From Octopus sinensis (lineage: Eukaryota): 64,000 bases of DNA. Under the pieces are notes generated by a model. That model saw only the letters and a program-made list of their open reading frames with translations, ran no database searches and was not told the DNA's origin. The position numbers and the translations under genes were made by a program. Below, piece after piece: positions 11,804 to 23,607 of this stretch. Positions within the stretch are counted from its first letter, which is position 1. The number at the start of each line of letters is the position of its first letter. The stretch spans positions 15,996,001 to 16,060,000 of the forward strand of contig NC_043018.1 of assembly GCF_006345805.1 (NCBI RefSeq), read 5' to 3'.

Positions 11804-11944
11804 TCTCATGTAAAGTTACGCCAGAAACTGTGGATTGAAAACAGCGACCAGCATCAGCCCATAGCCTACTTACTGGAACTGTTGTTAGTGTGGCTGGACT
11901 TCAAACATGGATCCCTTGTAAATAACCCGGACGCAGTTGCTGAG
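11804..11944 (+). CDS. UTP20: UTP20 exon 10
   Basis: tccag|TCT...GAG|gtaag; SHVKLRQKLW...WLDFKHGSLVNNPDAVAE; phase 0/0. Confidence 0.9.
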
Positions 11945-12870
11945 GTAAGTCAGTTCCTTATGTAAGCCCCTTTCAGTAACAACCTCCTGTCCGCCCGATG
12001 GTGCCCTAAACCTTACGGAAACCCACCCTTATTACGCTAATGTAAGATGTTGCCATCCAGGGTTCAATCTTTTATCTTTTGGCATTCAGGGTTGGTGGGA
12101 TGCATGTGTGTACATAGGAGTTCAGTATAATACCTATTTCTTAACTACCCACAGGGGGCTAAACACAGAGGAGACAAACGGATTAAGTCAATTACATCGA
12201 CCCCAGTGCATAACTGGTACTTAATTTATCGACCCCGATGAATTAAAAAATCTTGAAGTTTCAGAGGGATTGAGTTCAATGCCCTAATAACCCTCTCGCA
12301 TTCCATACAGTCTTGCCGGAGGCACGTAAAATGCACCAATCTGATCGTGGCCGTTGCCAGCCTCGCCTGGCACCTGTGCAGGTGGCACGTAAAAAGCACC
12401 CACTACACTCATGAAGTGGTTGGCATTAGGAAGGGCATCCAGCTGTAGAAATACTGCCAGATTAGACTGGAGCCTGGTGCAGTCTTCTGGCTTCCCAGAT
12501 CTCCGGTCGAACTGTCCAACCCATGCTAGCATGGAAAACGGATGTTAAACAATGATGATGATCATCATCGTCATCGCTGCTGCTGCCGTAATTATTATTA
12601 TTAAAGCAGTGGGCTGACAGAATTGTTAGCGCGGCAAGCAAAATACTCAGTAGCATTTCATCTGCCTTGATGTTCTGAGTTCAAATTCTGCCACGGTCGA
12701 CTTCTCCTTTCATTTTTTTCAGGGTCCATAAAATGGGTACCAGTTGAGTACTGGGGTTAATATAATAGACTTTTGCCCTCTCCCCCGAAATTGCTGGCCT
12801 TGTGCCATAATTTGATGCCATCATTATTACTACTGTTGTTGTTGTTATGCTTCTTCCTTTTCTCCTGCAG

Positions 12871-13008
12871 GTCCTTTGTATCGTTCTGAAGAGCAGCCTC
12901 GACCTTCCAGAGGTTCTGCTCACCAATACCCTCAACTGTGTCTCAAGCTTGCTTCAAGGTTGCCATGAAAAGCTCTCTCCGTCCTCTCTTACCGAAGTCA
13001 TTAATTTA
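12871..13008 (+). CDS. UTP20: UTP20 exon 11
   Basis: tgcag|GTC...TTA|gtaag; VLCIVLKSSLDLPEVLL...SLTEVINL; phase 0/0. Confidence 0.88.
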
Positions 13009-13014
13009 GTAAGT

Positions 13015-13310
13015 ACACGCAGTATTGCTCGGGTTTGTAAGGGAAATAACTATATAAGCATTTTTAGAGAGTTACTTCCCTTATATTAACCGAGCAAAAA
13101 TGCATTAAAAATGCAAAAAAATTATGGTGAATTTTTTTTTAAATCGTAGACTCATCGTAGACGCGCGCTGATACCCAGAAGGGCTCGATATAAATCACGA
13201 CTATAAGATACCTGCTTTTGGTTACACTGCACCGCAAAATGTGGGAGTAAGGAATCTAAATCGTAGGAGACAGACACTCACACACACAACTTCAGTTTTA
13301 TATATAAAGA
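13015..13310 (-). mobile_element. Possible non-autonomous Helitron-like element
   Basis: Minus-strand 5' end A|TCTTTATATATAAAA followed by (GT)n; the 3' end keeps only CCCGAGCAA, with no intact hairpin or CTRR. Confidence 0.4.
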
Positions 13311-13679
13311 TTTCAGGCATTGTGATGTAGTGGCCTTCATCTGGTCTGATGTGAGTTTAAGTATTACAGGTGTGGAAATAAATGCAGGTAAAGCAACTCC
13401 ACTTGGATCTCCCCATCTCACAAGGCCTGGCTCTGATTGCTCTGGGATTCTAGTAAAAGACACGTGCTCCCAGTTGCCACTCAGTGGGACTGAACCTGGA
13501 GCTACATGGTTGGGAAGTAGACTTCTTAACCACACAGCCACACCTGCATTAACACACACACACACGTGTATTATATAGTCCCACTGCCTAGCACCTTGGG
13601 AATGGATTTGGTAGAAGGAAACTAAAAGAAGCCCATCATGTATGTATACACACACACATCTATGCATACATATATTCTT

Positions 13680-14077
13680 TTATTCTTTTACTTGGTTCAG
13701 TCATTTGACTGCGGCCATGCTGGAGCATCGCCTTTAGTCGAGGAAATCGACCCCAGGACTTATTCTTTGTAAGCCTAGTACTTATTCTATCGGTCTCTTT
13801 AGCCGAACCACTAAGTTACAGGTATGTAAACACACCAGCATCAGTTGTCAAGCGATGTTGGGGGGACAAACACGCAAACATATACACACATATATATACA
13901 TACATATATACGACGGGCTTCTTTCAGTTTCTGCCTACCAAATCTACTCACAAAGCTTTGGTTGCCCCCCCGTGCTATAGTAGAAGACACTTGTCTAAGG
14001 TGCCGTGCAGTGGGACTGAACCTGGAACCATGTGGTTGGTAAGCAAGCTACTTATCACACAGCCACTCTTATGCCTA
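13680..14077 (-). mobile_element. SINE family A copy
   Basis: Reverse complement of the family A sequence. Confidence 0.8.
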
Positions 14078-14592
14078 TGTATATGTATACATACATACAC
14101 ACAGGCATATATAGTACAAAAATAAAGAAATATAAAGATGAGGTTAAAAAAAAACTCCAGACAAACAAGATGAATTATGTTGATGTTCAGGAAAATTAGA
14201 AGTTCTTAATGCTTGGAGCCTGTGTTCTTTTACCGAAAGAAAAGATGAGAAGAGAGAAAATAACAAGTGTCTCAATATCTAATATCTATGTGTGAGTGTA
14301 TGTTTGTGTTTGTCCCCTACCACCACTTGATAACCAGTATTGGTTTGTTTAAGTTCCTGTAACTTAGAACAGGTTGGCAAAAGGAGATCGATAGAATAAG
14401 TATCAGTCTTAGAAAGAAATAAGTACTGGGCCCAGTTTGTTTGATTAGAACACTTCATGGCACTGCCCCAGTATGGCCACAGACTTATGACTGGACCAAG
14501 TAAAAGAAAAAATTTTTAAATGTCAATTTAAAAATACAAAAATCTAATTTAATTTAAAAATTTTTTCCTCCCCTTTTTTTAATCTTTTCCAG

Positions 14593-14670
14593 AGTTTTGG
14601 TCACAAGTTTCCATCAAATCAAATTTATCCGTTTGCAAAGACATTATTTACAGAACCGTTTTTTGAAGAG
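14593..14670 (+). CDS. UTP20: UTP20 exon 12
   Basis: tccag|AGT...GAG|gtcag; SFGHKFPSNQIYPFAKTLFTEPFFEE; phase 0/0. Confidence 0.85.
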
Positions 14671-14709
14671 GTCAGTATCTCCAACCATTTCTTATTTTCC
14701 ATCTCATCT

Positions 14710-15600
14710 CTAGAATTGAAGGGCCTTAGGGTTAACCTAGCAAAAACCAAAGTCCTTAGTAAGTAGGAAGGCTGTCAAATCACAACCCCCTTCAGGTAAA
14801 TGGCCCTGCTTGATCTGTAGAAAAGGAATGGGTAGAAACTCCATATGATGTACCTAGTGTAAGCTATGAACACATAGAGGATGCAACAATATCAAAGGAA
14901 GGTTAACGGGAAAATAGTTTTTGTGTGTGGCAGATGCAGAGGGGCAATAAACACTGAAGATGCACAGAAAACAGATTCCATCACATGCCAGGGGGAGAAA
15001 CTAGAAGTAGTAGTTAATAGCTTCTGCTACCTAGGCGACCAAGTCTGTTGTTGGAGTGGCTGCTCTGAGAGTGGGCAAAGTTCAGGGAGCTCCTACCTCT
15101 ATTGGCAATTAAGGGCCTCTCACTCAGGGTGAAAGGTAGACTGTATGATGCATGTGTACAAACTGCCATGCTACATGGCAGTGAAACATGGGCCATGAAT
15201 GCCGAGGACATGTGTAGGCTTGAAAGAAAGGAAGCTAGTATGATCTGCTGGATGAGTAATGTCAGTGTGCATATATGACAGAGTGCAAGTGCTCTGAGAG
15301 AAAAGTTGGGCATGGGCATAAGAAGCATCAAATGAGGTGTGCAAGAGAGACGACTGCACTGGCATGGCCATGTGGTACATATGAATGAAGGCAGCCGTGT
15401 GAGGAAGTGCCACTCCTTAACTGCTAGAAGGAACCTGTAGCGGAAGTAGACTCAGGAAGGCATGGGATGAGGTGGTGAAGCATGACCTTCGAACATTGGG
15501 CCACACAGAGGCAATGACAGGAGACTGGGACCTTTGGAGATACACTGCGATTGAGAAGACCCGACGAATAATGTGAGATTGCATGTCCAGCCCTGTTAAG
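14710..15600 (+). pseudogene. Decayed RTE-clade LINE ORF fragment with a Cys-rich insert
   Basis: GLRVNLAKTKVL...GKWPC...VCGRC...FCYLGD...KGRLYDACVQTAMLHGSETW...RRLHWHGHV, with stops and frameshifts. Confidence 0.8.
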
Positions 15601-15968
15601 AATACTGATGCATCAAATGATAGGATATGCTTGAGAAGACCTGTTGAGTCAAGAGAAACGGATGTCGTAGCTGGGGCTGGTGCCCCCCCTGGCTAGAAGA
15701 ATGCTTATAGGGATCAAATGTATGTGCTGTATATTAACTGCCTCTCACCATCAAATCGCTGTCACCTGAACAGGTGCATGGTGTACCACATGTCGGGTGT
15801 TGTAGTGATTGCAGATCAACATGAGATGGAGTGTTTTGCTGAAGAACACAACACAGAACCTGATCAAGGAATTGAAACCGTGATCTTGCAATCATGTGTG
15901 CTACACCCTAACCACTAGGCCATGTGTCCTCACACAATAATAATACAACCACTACGCTATATGCCCAC

Positions 15969-16222
15969 GGGCATATGGCATAGTGGTTAAGAGCGCGGGC
16001 TACTAACCCCAAGATTTCGAGTTCAATTCCAAGCAGTGACCTGAACACCATCACCACCAATAATAATAATAATAATAACATCAAAAAATACCTTAGGAAT
16101 GAAAACCCAGGTTCGCAATTTCCCCAAGGACCTGAAGAAGGCTGGAGGGTATATCAGCCAAAATGTTGTGTTAACAACAAACAAGGTGAGGACAAATATC
16201 CATCGAATGTAAATAATGTAAA
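15969..16222 (+). mobile_element. SINE family H: tRNA-like head + (AAT)n + tail with a hammerhead-ribozyme-like motif
   Basis: TGGCATAGTGG / GAGTTCAATTCC boxes; the same composite recurs at 38915-39385 (-). Confidence 0.7.
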
Positions 16223-16249
16223 CAATATAAATAATTCCTCTTCTCTTAA

Positions 16250-16462
16250 CCCTTTAGTGTTCTGATTATTCTATCAAACATAATGCTTATTGATTCCCAT
16301 TGATTTGAATTAATCATGCATTATCTCATATCTTCAAGATCTTGGTGGTGTAATTACTTAATGTAATTGTAGGGTAGGTGTGAGAGCCTGGATCTGGTCA
16401 GTTTGAACATAAAAACAGATTAAATATTTTGGCCGGATATGGCCGGTTTAAATACTAAAGGG
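16250..16462 (+). mobile_element. piggyBac-like MITE family F
   Basis: Near-identical to 8480-8698; TTAA flanks. Confidence 0.82.
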
Positions 16463-16504
16463 TTAAATATAAAACTGAATTCATCCTTTCTCTTTTATTT
16501 TCAG

Positions 16505-16689
16505 TCTGTGCTAGCTTCTTTGATTGGCTTTATTCAAAGCAAAATGGCTGACTCCGTCGACAGCACCAATACGGAAACCCTTATGTTTGTGACAGAGTTG
16601 ATATCATCCAAGACTATTTCCATTTTTGATGCCAGTCACCTGGAACAACACCAGTGTTATTTCATGGATTTCCACACTTCTGTCAAACG
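16505..16689 (+). CDS. UTP20: UTP20 exon 13
   Basis: ttcag|TCT...CG|gtaac; SVLASLIGFIQ...FMDFHTSVK(R); phase 0/2. Confidence 0.85.
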
Positions 16690-17069
16690 GTAACTAGTTC
16701 CAACTTTTCTTTTCATGTCTGTTTCTAAGTAACTGACTTTTTACATGGTTTACAAATTTCTTGAGAAATTAATTAATGGTCTGCTGTGATAAATTCTTGC
16801 AGCATTTATTCTCTTTTGGTAGCAATAAACCTGAGACTGTTCCTGGATTCATGATACAAATTTCTTGTTTTAAAATTATCTAAATTAAAACCTTCCTGTT
16901 AATTTAAGTTCCAAGCACTAACTTTTACAAGGACAAAGTTATTTTGTTAAATTCTTCGTTTTCAAAATCAGTTGAAACCAAGGCAAAGTATTTCAACTGA
17001 AATATGTTGACAAAAGTGTTAAAAGTGGTGCAGTAATTCTTGCTGTGTCTTAAGAATGTGGGGCAGTAA

Positions 17070-17190
17070 ATTTTTGCAGTATTAAGAGCATGGATTTTTG
17101 CAGTATGAAGGGCATGAATTTTCTGAGTATTAAGGGTGTGGATTTTTTCAGTATTAAGAGCTTGGATTTTTTCAGTATTAAGGGCATGGT
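17070..17190. repeat. 24-bp minisatellite (about 5 units)
   Basis: cagtattaagggcatggatttttt-like units. Confidence 0.8.
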
Positions 17191-17910
17191 TTATAAATTC
17201 TTGTAGCATGAATGAATCTCATCTGATGGGCTTTCCATACAGTTTCCATCTACCCAGTTTTACTCAGAAGGTTTTGTAGGGACACAGGGCTCTGGTAAAA
17301 ATACTTGCCTAGAATGCCACACAGTAGAATTGAACTTGAGACCTCAGGATGTGAAGTGTATGTCTTAACTATTTGGCCATGCCTACATCATCATCATCAT
17401 CATCATTGTTTAACGTCCCTTTTCCATACTGGCATGGGTTGGACGGTTTGACCAGGGTCTGGGAAGCCAGGAGGCTGCACCAGGCTCCAGTCTGATCTGG
17501 CAGTGTTTCTACAGCTGGATGCCCTTCCTAACGCCAACCACTCCATGAATGTAGTGGGTGCTTTTTACGTGCCACCGGCACAGGGGCCAGAGAAGGCTGG
17601 CAACGGCCATGATTGGTTGGTGCTTTTTACATGGCATTGGCCACGTTCAGATGGTGCTTTTTACGTGCTACCGACATGGGTATCAGAACTACAATTTCCC
17701 TAGAAGGGTTTGATTGGAGAATACAAAACATTGTGGAATGGAACTCCCACAAGGACTACACCGTTCTTAGGAAGCTCACACTTCTTCCTGCTGAATACCC
17801 TTTGTTCCATCAATGTTCCAAACAAGACCATTCTGTCAGTTTGATCGTAAATTCCATCTGTTCTAACAATATTTTTCTTTTTTTCTTTTTATTTTTTCCA
17901 TATTCCAAAG

Positions 17911-18039
17911 TTCTGCTGGTTCCAAGCAACAGTACACCTTCCAGGCGTATTTATGGGATTTACTTTCTCCAGACGATCTTGAAGATATCAATCAACTAAC
18001 TCTGCTGTGGGCTGCTTTGGTTTGCATTCCAAACATTCG
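17911..18039 (+). CDS. UTP20: UTP20 exon 14
   Basis: caaag|T...CG|gtaaa; SAGSKQQ...LLWAALVCIPNI(R); phase 2/2. Confidence 0.88.
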
Positions 18040-18059
18040 GTAAATAGAATATCTATACT

Positions 18060-18302
18060 TTTATTATCATTATTATTTATTATTATTATTATCATTATTA
18101 TTATTATCTTTATTATCATTATTATTATTATTTTGTCCATCTTTATGCTCTGAGTTCCAAATCCACCAAGTCTGACTTTGCCTTTCGTCCTTTTAGGATG
18201 TGGGAGGGTCAATGAAGGAAGTACCAGTTGAATACTGGGTTCAATATAATTGACTCCCTGCCACCCCTGAACTTGCTGGCCTTGTGCCAAAATTTGAAAC
18301 CC

Positions 18303-18340
<38 letters not shown>

Positions 18341-18387
18341 TATTATTTTTTATTATTATTATTATTATATTATTATTATTATTATTA

Positions 18388-18431
<44 letters not shown>

Positions 18432-18450
18432 GAAGAAGAAGAAGAAGAAG
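18060..18450. repeat. (TAT)n and (AAG)n microsatellites
   Basis: Direct reading. Confidence 0.9.
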
Positions 18451-19414
18451 GTGGTGAATTAGCAGATTTGTAAGCAACGCCAGACAAAATTCTTAGTGGC
18501 GTTTTTGTCCATCTTTATGTTCTGAGTTCAAATTCTGTTGAGATTGACTTTGACTTTCATCCTTTCGGGGTCGATGAAATTGAGTACCAGTTAAGTACTG
18601 GGGGTGAATATAATTAACTAGCCCCCTCCTCCTGAATTTGTGGAGTTTGGCTTTACCTTTCATCCTTTCAGGGTCAGTAAAATGGGGTACCAGTTACATA
18701 CTGAGGTTGATGTAATCAACTTGCCCCTCTCCTCAAAATTATGGGTCTTGTACCCAGAATCTTCCTTTCTCTTGAGGTGAGAGACTTTTGGTTGCCATCA
18801 GAGGCAAAAGCTCTCTGAATTTTCTCCATCCTATTCTTATTCTGGCAATTACACTTTCCTTGGATCCTTCACCCCCCCCCCCAGCTAATTAGGTTCTCTT
18901 GGGAGCAACCCTTACCTTGTTTTGGCATAATGTGATGGTTGTAAACAAGTTTCACCATCATACCAGAGGTGTTGTTCGTTTCCAGCCTTATATGGAAAAG
19001 ATGTCTGGCTGTGGAGAAGTATTTTCTTACAGGTAAGGGTTGATGACAGGAAGGGCGTCCAGTTGTAGAAAAACTAAAGGCAAGAAGGTAACAGTTACCT
19101 TCTTGAGTCATGGCGCCTCACAAGGACCTGCTTCCCCACCTGGACAGGACACTGGTCTGTCGCAGGATGACTCATTTTTGCCAGCTGAGTGGACTGGAGC
19201 AATGTGAAATGAAGTGTTTTGCTCAAGAATACAATGTGTTACCCGATCCAGGAATTGAAACCACAATCTTACGATCATGTGTCCAACACCCTAACCACTA
19301 AGCCATGTGCCTCCACTGTAGAAAAACTGCCTCAAAGAAATTCCGTCTGATCCATGCAGAACATGGAAACATGGCCGTTAAATGACGAATAATTGTAACG
19401 ATGTTTATTTCCAG

Positions 19415-19506
19415 GTGTTCTGATACAGACTTAAGTGTTCTACAGCATACAATTGATGGTCTTTGGTGCCAAGTGACTGAATCTGAAGAGACTTCACCAA
19501 TCAAAG
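19415..19506 (+). CDS. UTP20: UTP20 exon 15
   Basis: tccag|G...G|gtgag; CSDTDLSVLQHTIDGLWCQVTESEETSPIK; phase 2/1. Confidence 0.82.
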
Positions 19507-19803
19507 GTGAGATTATTTGTTATTTTCTTCTGGTTTCTCCACCAAAATCCTGTTTAGATCCCATTATATGGTTTGTGTTTTTTTAAAAACATAAGATGTC
19601 AACTTGGCTGTGCATTGAAGAAGTTTTCTCTGTAATCACAAGGTCTTGGGGTCATGGATGCTGTACAGCACCTTGGGAAAGTATCTTGTTTCATGATCCC
19701 AGACCAACCAAAGCCTTGTGAATGGATTTCAGAAACAGAAACTGAAAGAAGCCCATTTCATATGTTTTGTGTATAATTCTGATGATTTATTTACCATTTT
19801 CAG

Positions 19804-19909
19804 AGCTACAACTGTCCATTCTTCACGAGGCGGCACTCTGTCTCCATTTTAACGGACTAAAGGAATTCTGGAATTGGATTACTTTTGATAAAATCAAATC
19901 TTTACTAAA
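19804..19909 (+). CDS. UTP20: UTP20 exon 16
   Basis: ttcag|AG...AA|gtaag; (E)LQLSILHEAALCLHFNGLKEFWNWITFDKIKSLL(K); phase 1/2. Confidence 0.85.
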
Positions 19910-20099
19910 GTAAGTTCATTGTTGTCTCTTTGTCTTACATTCTTAAGTTTCGTTTTACATGTTTCCGTATATTTGGACAGATCCACTAACATCATTGTGC
20001 TTTATTTTCTTTATTGTTATTATATTTCATCTTTCTTTGTTATACCTTCTGTGACTTATCATCTCTCTCTCTCTCTTTATATATATATATATAAAACGT

Positions 20100-20408
20100 G
20101 GTGGCGCAATGGCCCAGTGGTTAGAGTAGCGGACTCGCGGTCGTAGGATCGCGGTTTCGATTCCCAGACCGGGCGTTGTGAGTGTTTATTGAGCAAAAAC
20201 GCCTAAAAGCTCCACGAGGCTCCAGCAGTGGGTGGTGATCCCTACTGTACTCTTTCACCACTCTTTCTCTCAATCTTTCTTCTGTTGGCCTGCTCGCTTA
20301 GCCAGCGGGGTGGCGTCGTTCGAAGGCTTAAACAATGTGAAGCGCATTGTGACCAGCAATGTGTAGCAACATCTGATTGACTGGTCGGTCATGTGATCAT
20401 GTGATATA
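20100..20408 (+). mobile_element. SINE family D head with tail type 2
   Basis: Same head; different 3' part (GTTGGCCTGCTCGCTTAGCCAGCGGGGTGG...), also seen alone at ~40067-40172. Confidence 0.75.
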
Positions 20409-20808
20409 TAAAACACAAATTAAGTTAGGGGTTATGGGTGCAACCCACTAAGGGATAGTATTTATCCAATATACTGTTGGTAAAGTACCCAAATTCTTAA
20501 TACATAAATGTTTTTAATTGCAGTGCAATTAACTTATTTATTGAATTAAACAGGTGAAGGTAAAGAAATATTTTACCGTTAATTTATAATTCAAATAAGA
20601 AAATGGAGAAACAATTTAGTTTGTTCATCAACTTTTGGATATTAGAATATATATAAGAGAACAAAGTGTACGTACACCGCTATATATATATATATATGTG
20701 TGTGTGTATATAACGGGAAGGTTTACGAAAATGAACAAAAGACGAAGGCAGGTGGAGTACAAACAAACAATGTATTAGTATGGCGCTCAGGAATAGAAAT
20801 AAAACAAG

Positions 20809-20846
20809 TCTTTTACGTTTCGAGCCTATGCTCTTCAACAGAAAGA
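20809..20846 (-). ncRNA. Minimal hammerhead-like motif with the variant core CUGUUGA
   Basis: Minus strand: TCTTT-CTGTTGA-A-GAGC-ATAG-GCTC-GAAAC-GTA-AAAGA; second copy at 40291-40328. Confidence 0.5.
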
Positions 20847-20967
20847 TACACAGAAAAGAAACAAGGAGAGAAAAAATTGCGTGTAGGGGCTAACGATCCA
20901 ACATGGCATTCTGGTTTCAGGAGAAGTCAGAGTTTGGAGGTCAAACGTTAGAGGTCAGACGTTAGAC

Positions 20968-21168
20968 CAGTGCTTTTCAAACTTTTTGCTGGAGCGAAAC
21001 CCCAAGGAAACATTCCACTGGCTCGAGGAACCCCTGTGCAATAATTTAATAGTCTTATGCACACAAATCTGCACAGGAGACTTAAAAGTTACTGCCGATT
21101 TTAGCAGTTTTGTAACTTCTTGCGGAACCCCTGGACTGTACTGGCGGAACCCAGATTGAAAACCATTG
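20968..21168. mobile_element. hAT-type MITE
   Basis: TIR CAGTGCTTTTCAA / TTGAAAACCATTG; 8-bp TSD cgttagac at 20960-20967 and 21169-21176. Confidence 0.85.
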
Positions 21169-22081
21169 CGTTAGACACTAGAGGGATAGCAGGGGAGATA
21201 ACAGGGTCAAGTGAACTTGCCCCAACATGTAGGTGCATGTGTGCATAAGAAATGCAGGGTGTACACAAAGTCATTAGACAAATAGAAAAATTAATTAAAA
21301 TTACAATGTTAATTGCAGTTTGAAAGATAAACACATAACATTAATTAATAAAGCTTTTAATAAAAGCATTAATGTCATTAAAAAAACTCTGATAATAACA
21401 TATTAATTTGCAGCAAAATTTTTGTTGCTGCCTTTCCTAAACTTTTCTTAACGACTTTTTGAAAGACTTTGTGGACACCCTGTGTGTGTGTGTGTGTTAG
21501 GGCACATGGTTCAGTGGTTAAAGCATCAGGTTTACAATTGTGAGGTTATGTGTTCGATTCCCGAGTCAGGCTGTGTATTGTGTTCTTGAGCAGGACACTT
21601 TATTTCACATTTTTTCCAGTTCACTCAGCTGTAGAAATGCGATGTCACTGGTGCAAAGCTGTATCAGCCTTTGTCTTTCCCTTGGATAACATCAGTGGGG
21701 TAGAGAAGAAGGGAGGCCCCAGCTTGGCCACAGTCCAATGACTAAGATAAGTAGAAGAATAAAAGAAAAAAAATAATTGTGGGAAGCTGGCTGAAGTGTT
21801 AGCACACTGGCCAAAATGGTCAGTGGCATTTTCTCTGGCTCTTTACGCTCTGAGTTCAAATCCCATCAAGGTTGGCTTTGGCTTTCACCCTTTTGGGATC
21901 AATAAAACAAAGTACCGATCAAGTACTGGGGTGGGTTTATCAACTACCCACCTACCACTAAAATTTCAGACCTTGTACCTATGTATGGGCGACTGCTGGT
22001 CTTCGATAAACAACCTTGCTTGGGAGGGGAAGTTTCTAGGTGCAATCCCATGGTCATTTGTGGCTAAGGGGGCTCTTTACC

Positions 22082-22124
<43 letters not shown>

Positions 22125-22366
22125 ATGTGATGGAAAAAGAACTGGTGATAGTGTCACATAAAATGCACCCAGTACACTCTGTAAAGTGGTTGGCATTAGG
22201 AAGGGCTGCCACTGTAGAAACCAAGCCAAAACAGACAATGGAACCTGGTGTGGCCCCTGATCTCACCGGTTCCTCTCAAGCCTTCCAACCCATGCCAGCG
22301 TGCAAAACGGATGTTAAATGATGGTAATGACGATGCTGTCTCTTTTCTTTTCTTTTTTTCCTTCAG

Positions 22367-22520
22367 GTGCTGTTCCACCTCTATGCGTGCCCTCCAGATC
22401 ACCGACCTTTATTTTTTCTTGGCCCAGCAGTCTGAGGGCCAGAAAGACATCACCAACGAAGCTACTTGTCTCACAGTCTTCCCCCTCCTGGAAGCAAACC
22501 TGTCACACTATTCTCACACG
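22367..22520 (+). CDS. UTP20: UTP20 exon 17
   Basis: ttcag|G...ACG|gtgag; CCSTSMRALQITDLYF...FPLLEANLSHYSHT; phase 2/0. Confidence 0.92.
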
Positions 22521-23607
22521 GTGAGTAAACATTTCCTGCGACAAATTCTTGGACTCATTTGATTCCAATCTACCAGAGGCTGCCTCTAAGTTCCATGGCA
22601 GAAGACTATGTTCCTCTCCGAGTAATATTCTTGTGCCAGTGTTTTCAAACTGGTGTGCAAAGCAAGAAAAAATGTCCTGATGCAAGGTTTTTCAAGATAA
22701 GATCAAATCTTTTTAACTGAAGATGGTTTCTTGCATGGATCTGATTATTTGTTTCAGTCATTAGACTGTGGCCATGCTGGGACACCACCTTCAAGAATTT
22801 TTAGTTGAATAAATCAACCCCAAGACTTACGTTTTTAAAGCCTGGTACTTATTCTATCGGTGTTTGTTGCCAAACCACTAAGTTACAGGGAGGTAGCTAC
22901 ACCAATGCTGGTTGTCAAGCAGTACAGGGTTAGGAGGGTGCACAGACACAGACACATGCATATGACAAGCTTCTTTCAGTTTCCACCTTCCAATCCACTC
23001 ATGAGGCTTTGGTTGGTTTGGGGCTATAGTAGAAGACACTAGCCCAAGGTGTCATGTATTGAGATTGAACCTAGAGCCATGTGGTTGGGAAGAAAGATTC
23101 TTACCGTACATCCACACCTCTGCCTGCAACCAGCAGATATTCTTTGCAAAGAAAGACAGAATTTGCACACAATACAATTTTCTGTGCACAGCCAAAAAGT
23201 TAAAAGGAACTTTGGTCTCGGATTTCTTGTGTAACTGTATTTCCTATTTGCTTACCCTTAGGAAGTAGGAAAAATTGCTAATATTTCTTTCAAGTTTTGC
23301 TTTTATTACATTTATTCAAACCCCAAAGAATTCCTCTTAACACATGGCTATGATGCTCCCCCACTACTCCTGCTCATCATCAAAGATGCACATACTGTCA
23401 GCCACTAAGAAACATGCTCAACTGGTTAAAATCAAGCAAATCTGTGGTATTGAGCAGAATATTTGCTATAATGATATTTCTGCTTCAGCAACTCATAGCT
23501 GAATCTGTCTAACATGTAATGGAAAATAGGTCAGTTTGAAGGGAATGGTAGTTGTTTCCTTTGATTTCTAGATAGACACAAAGAAATTATAGCACTTACA
23601 GAACAAA

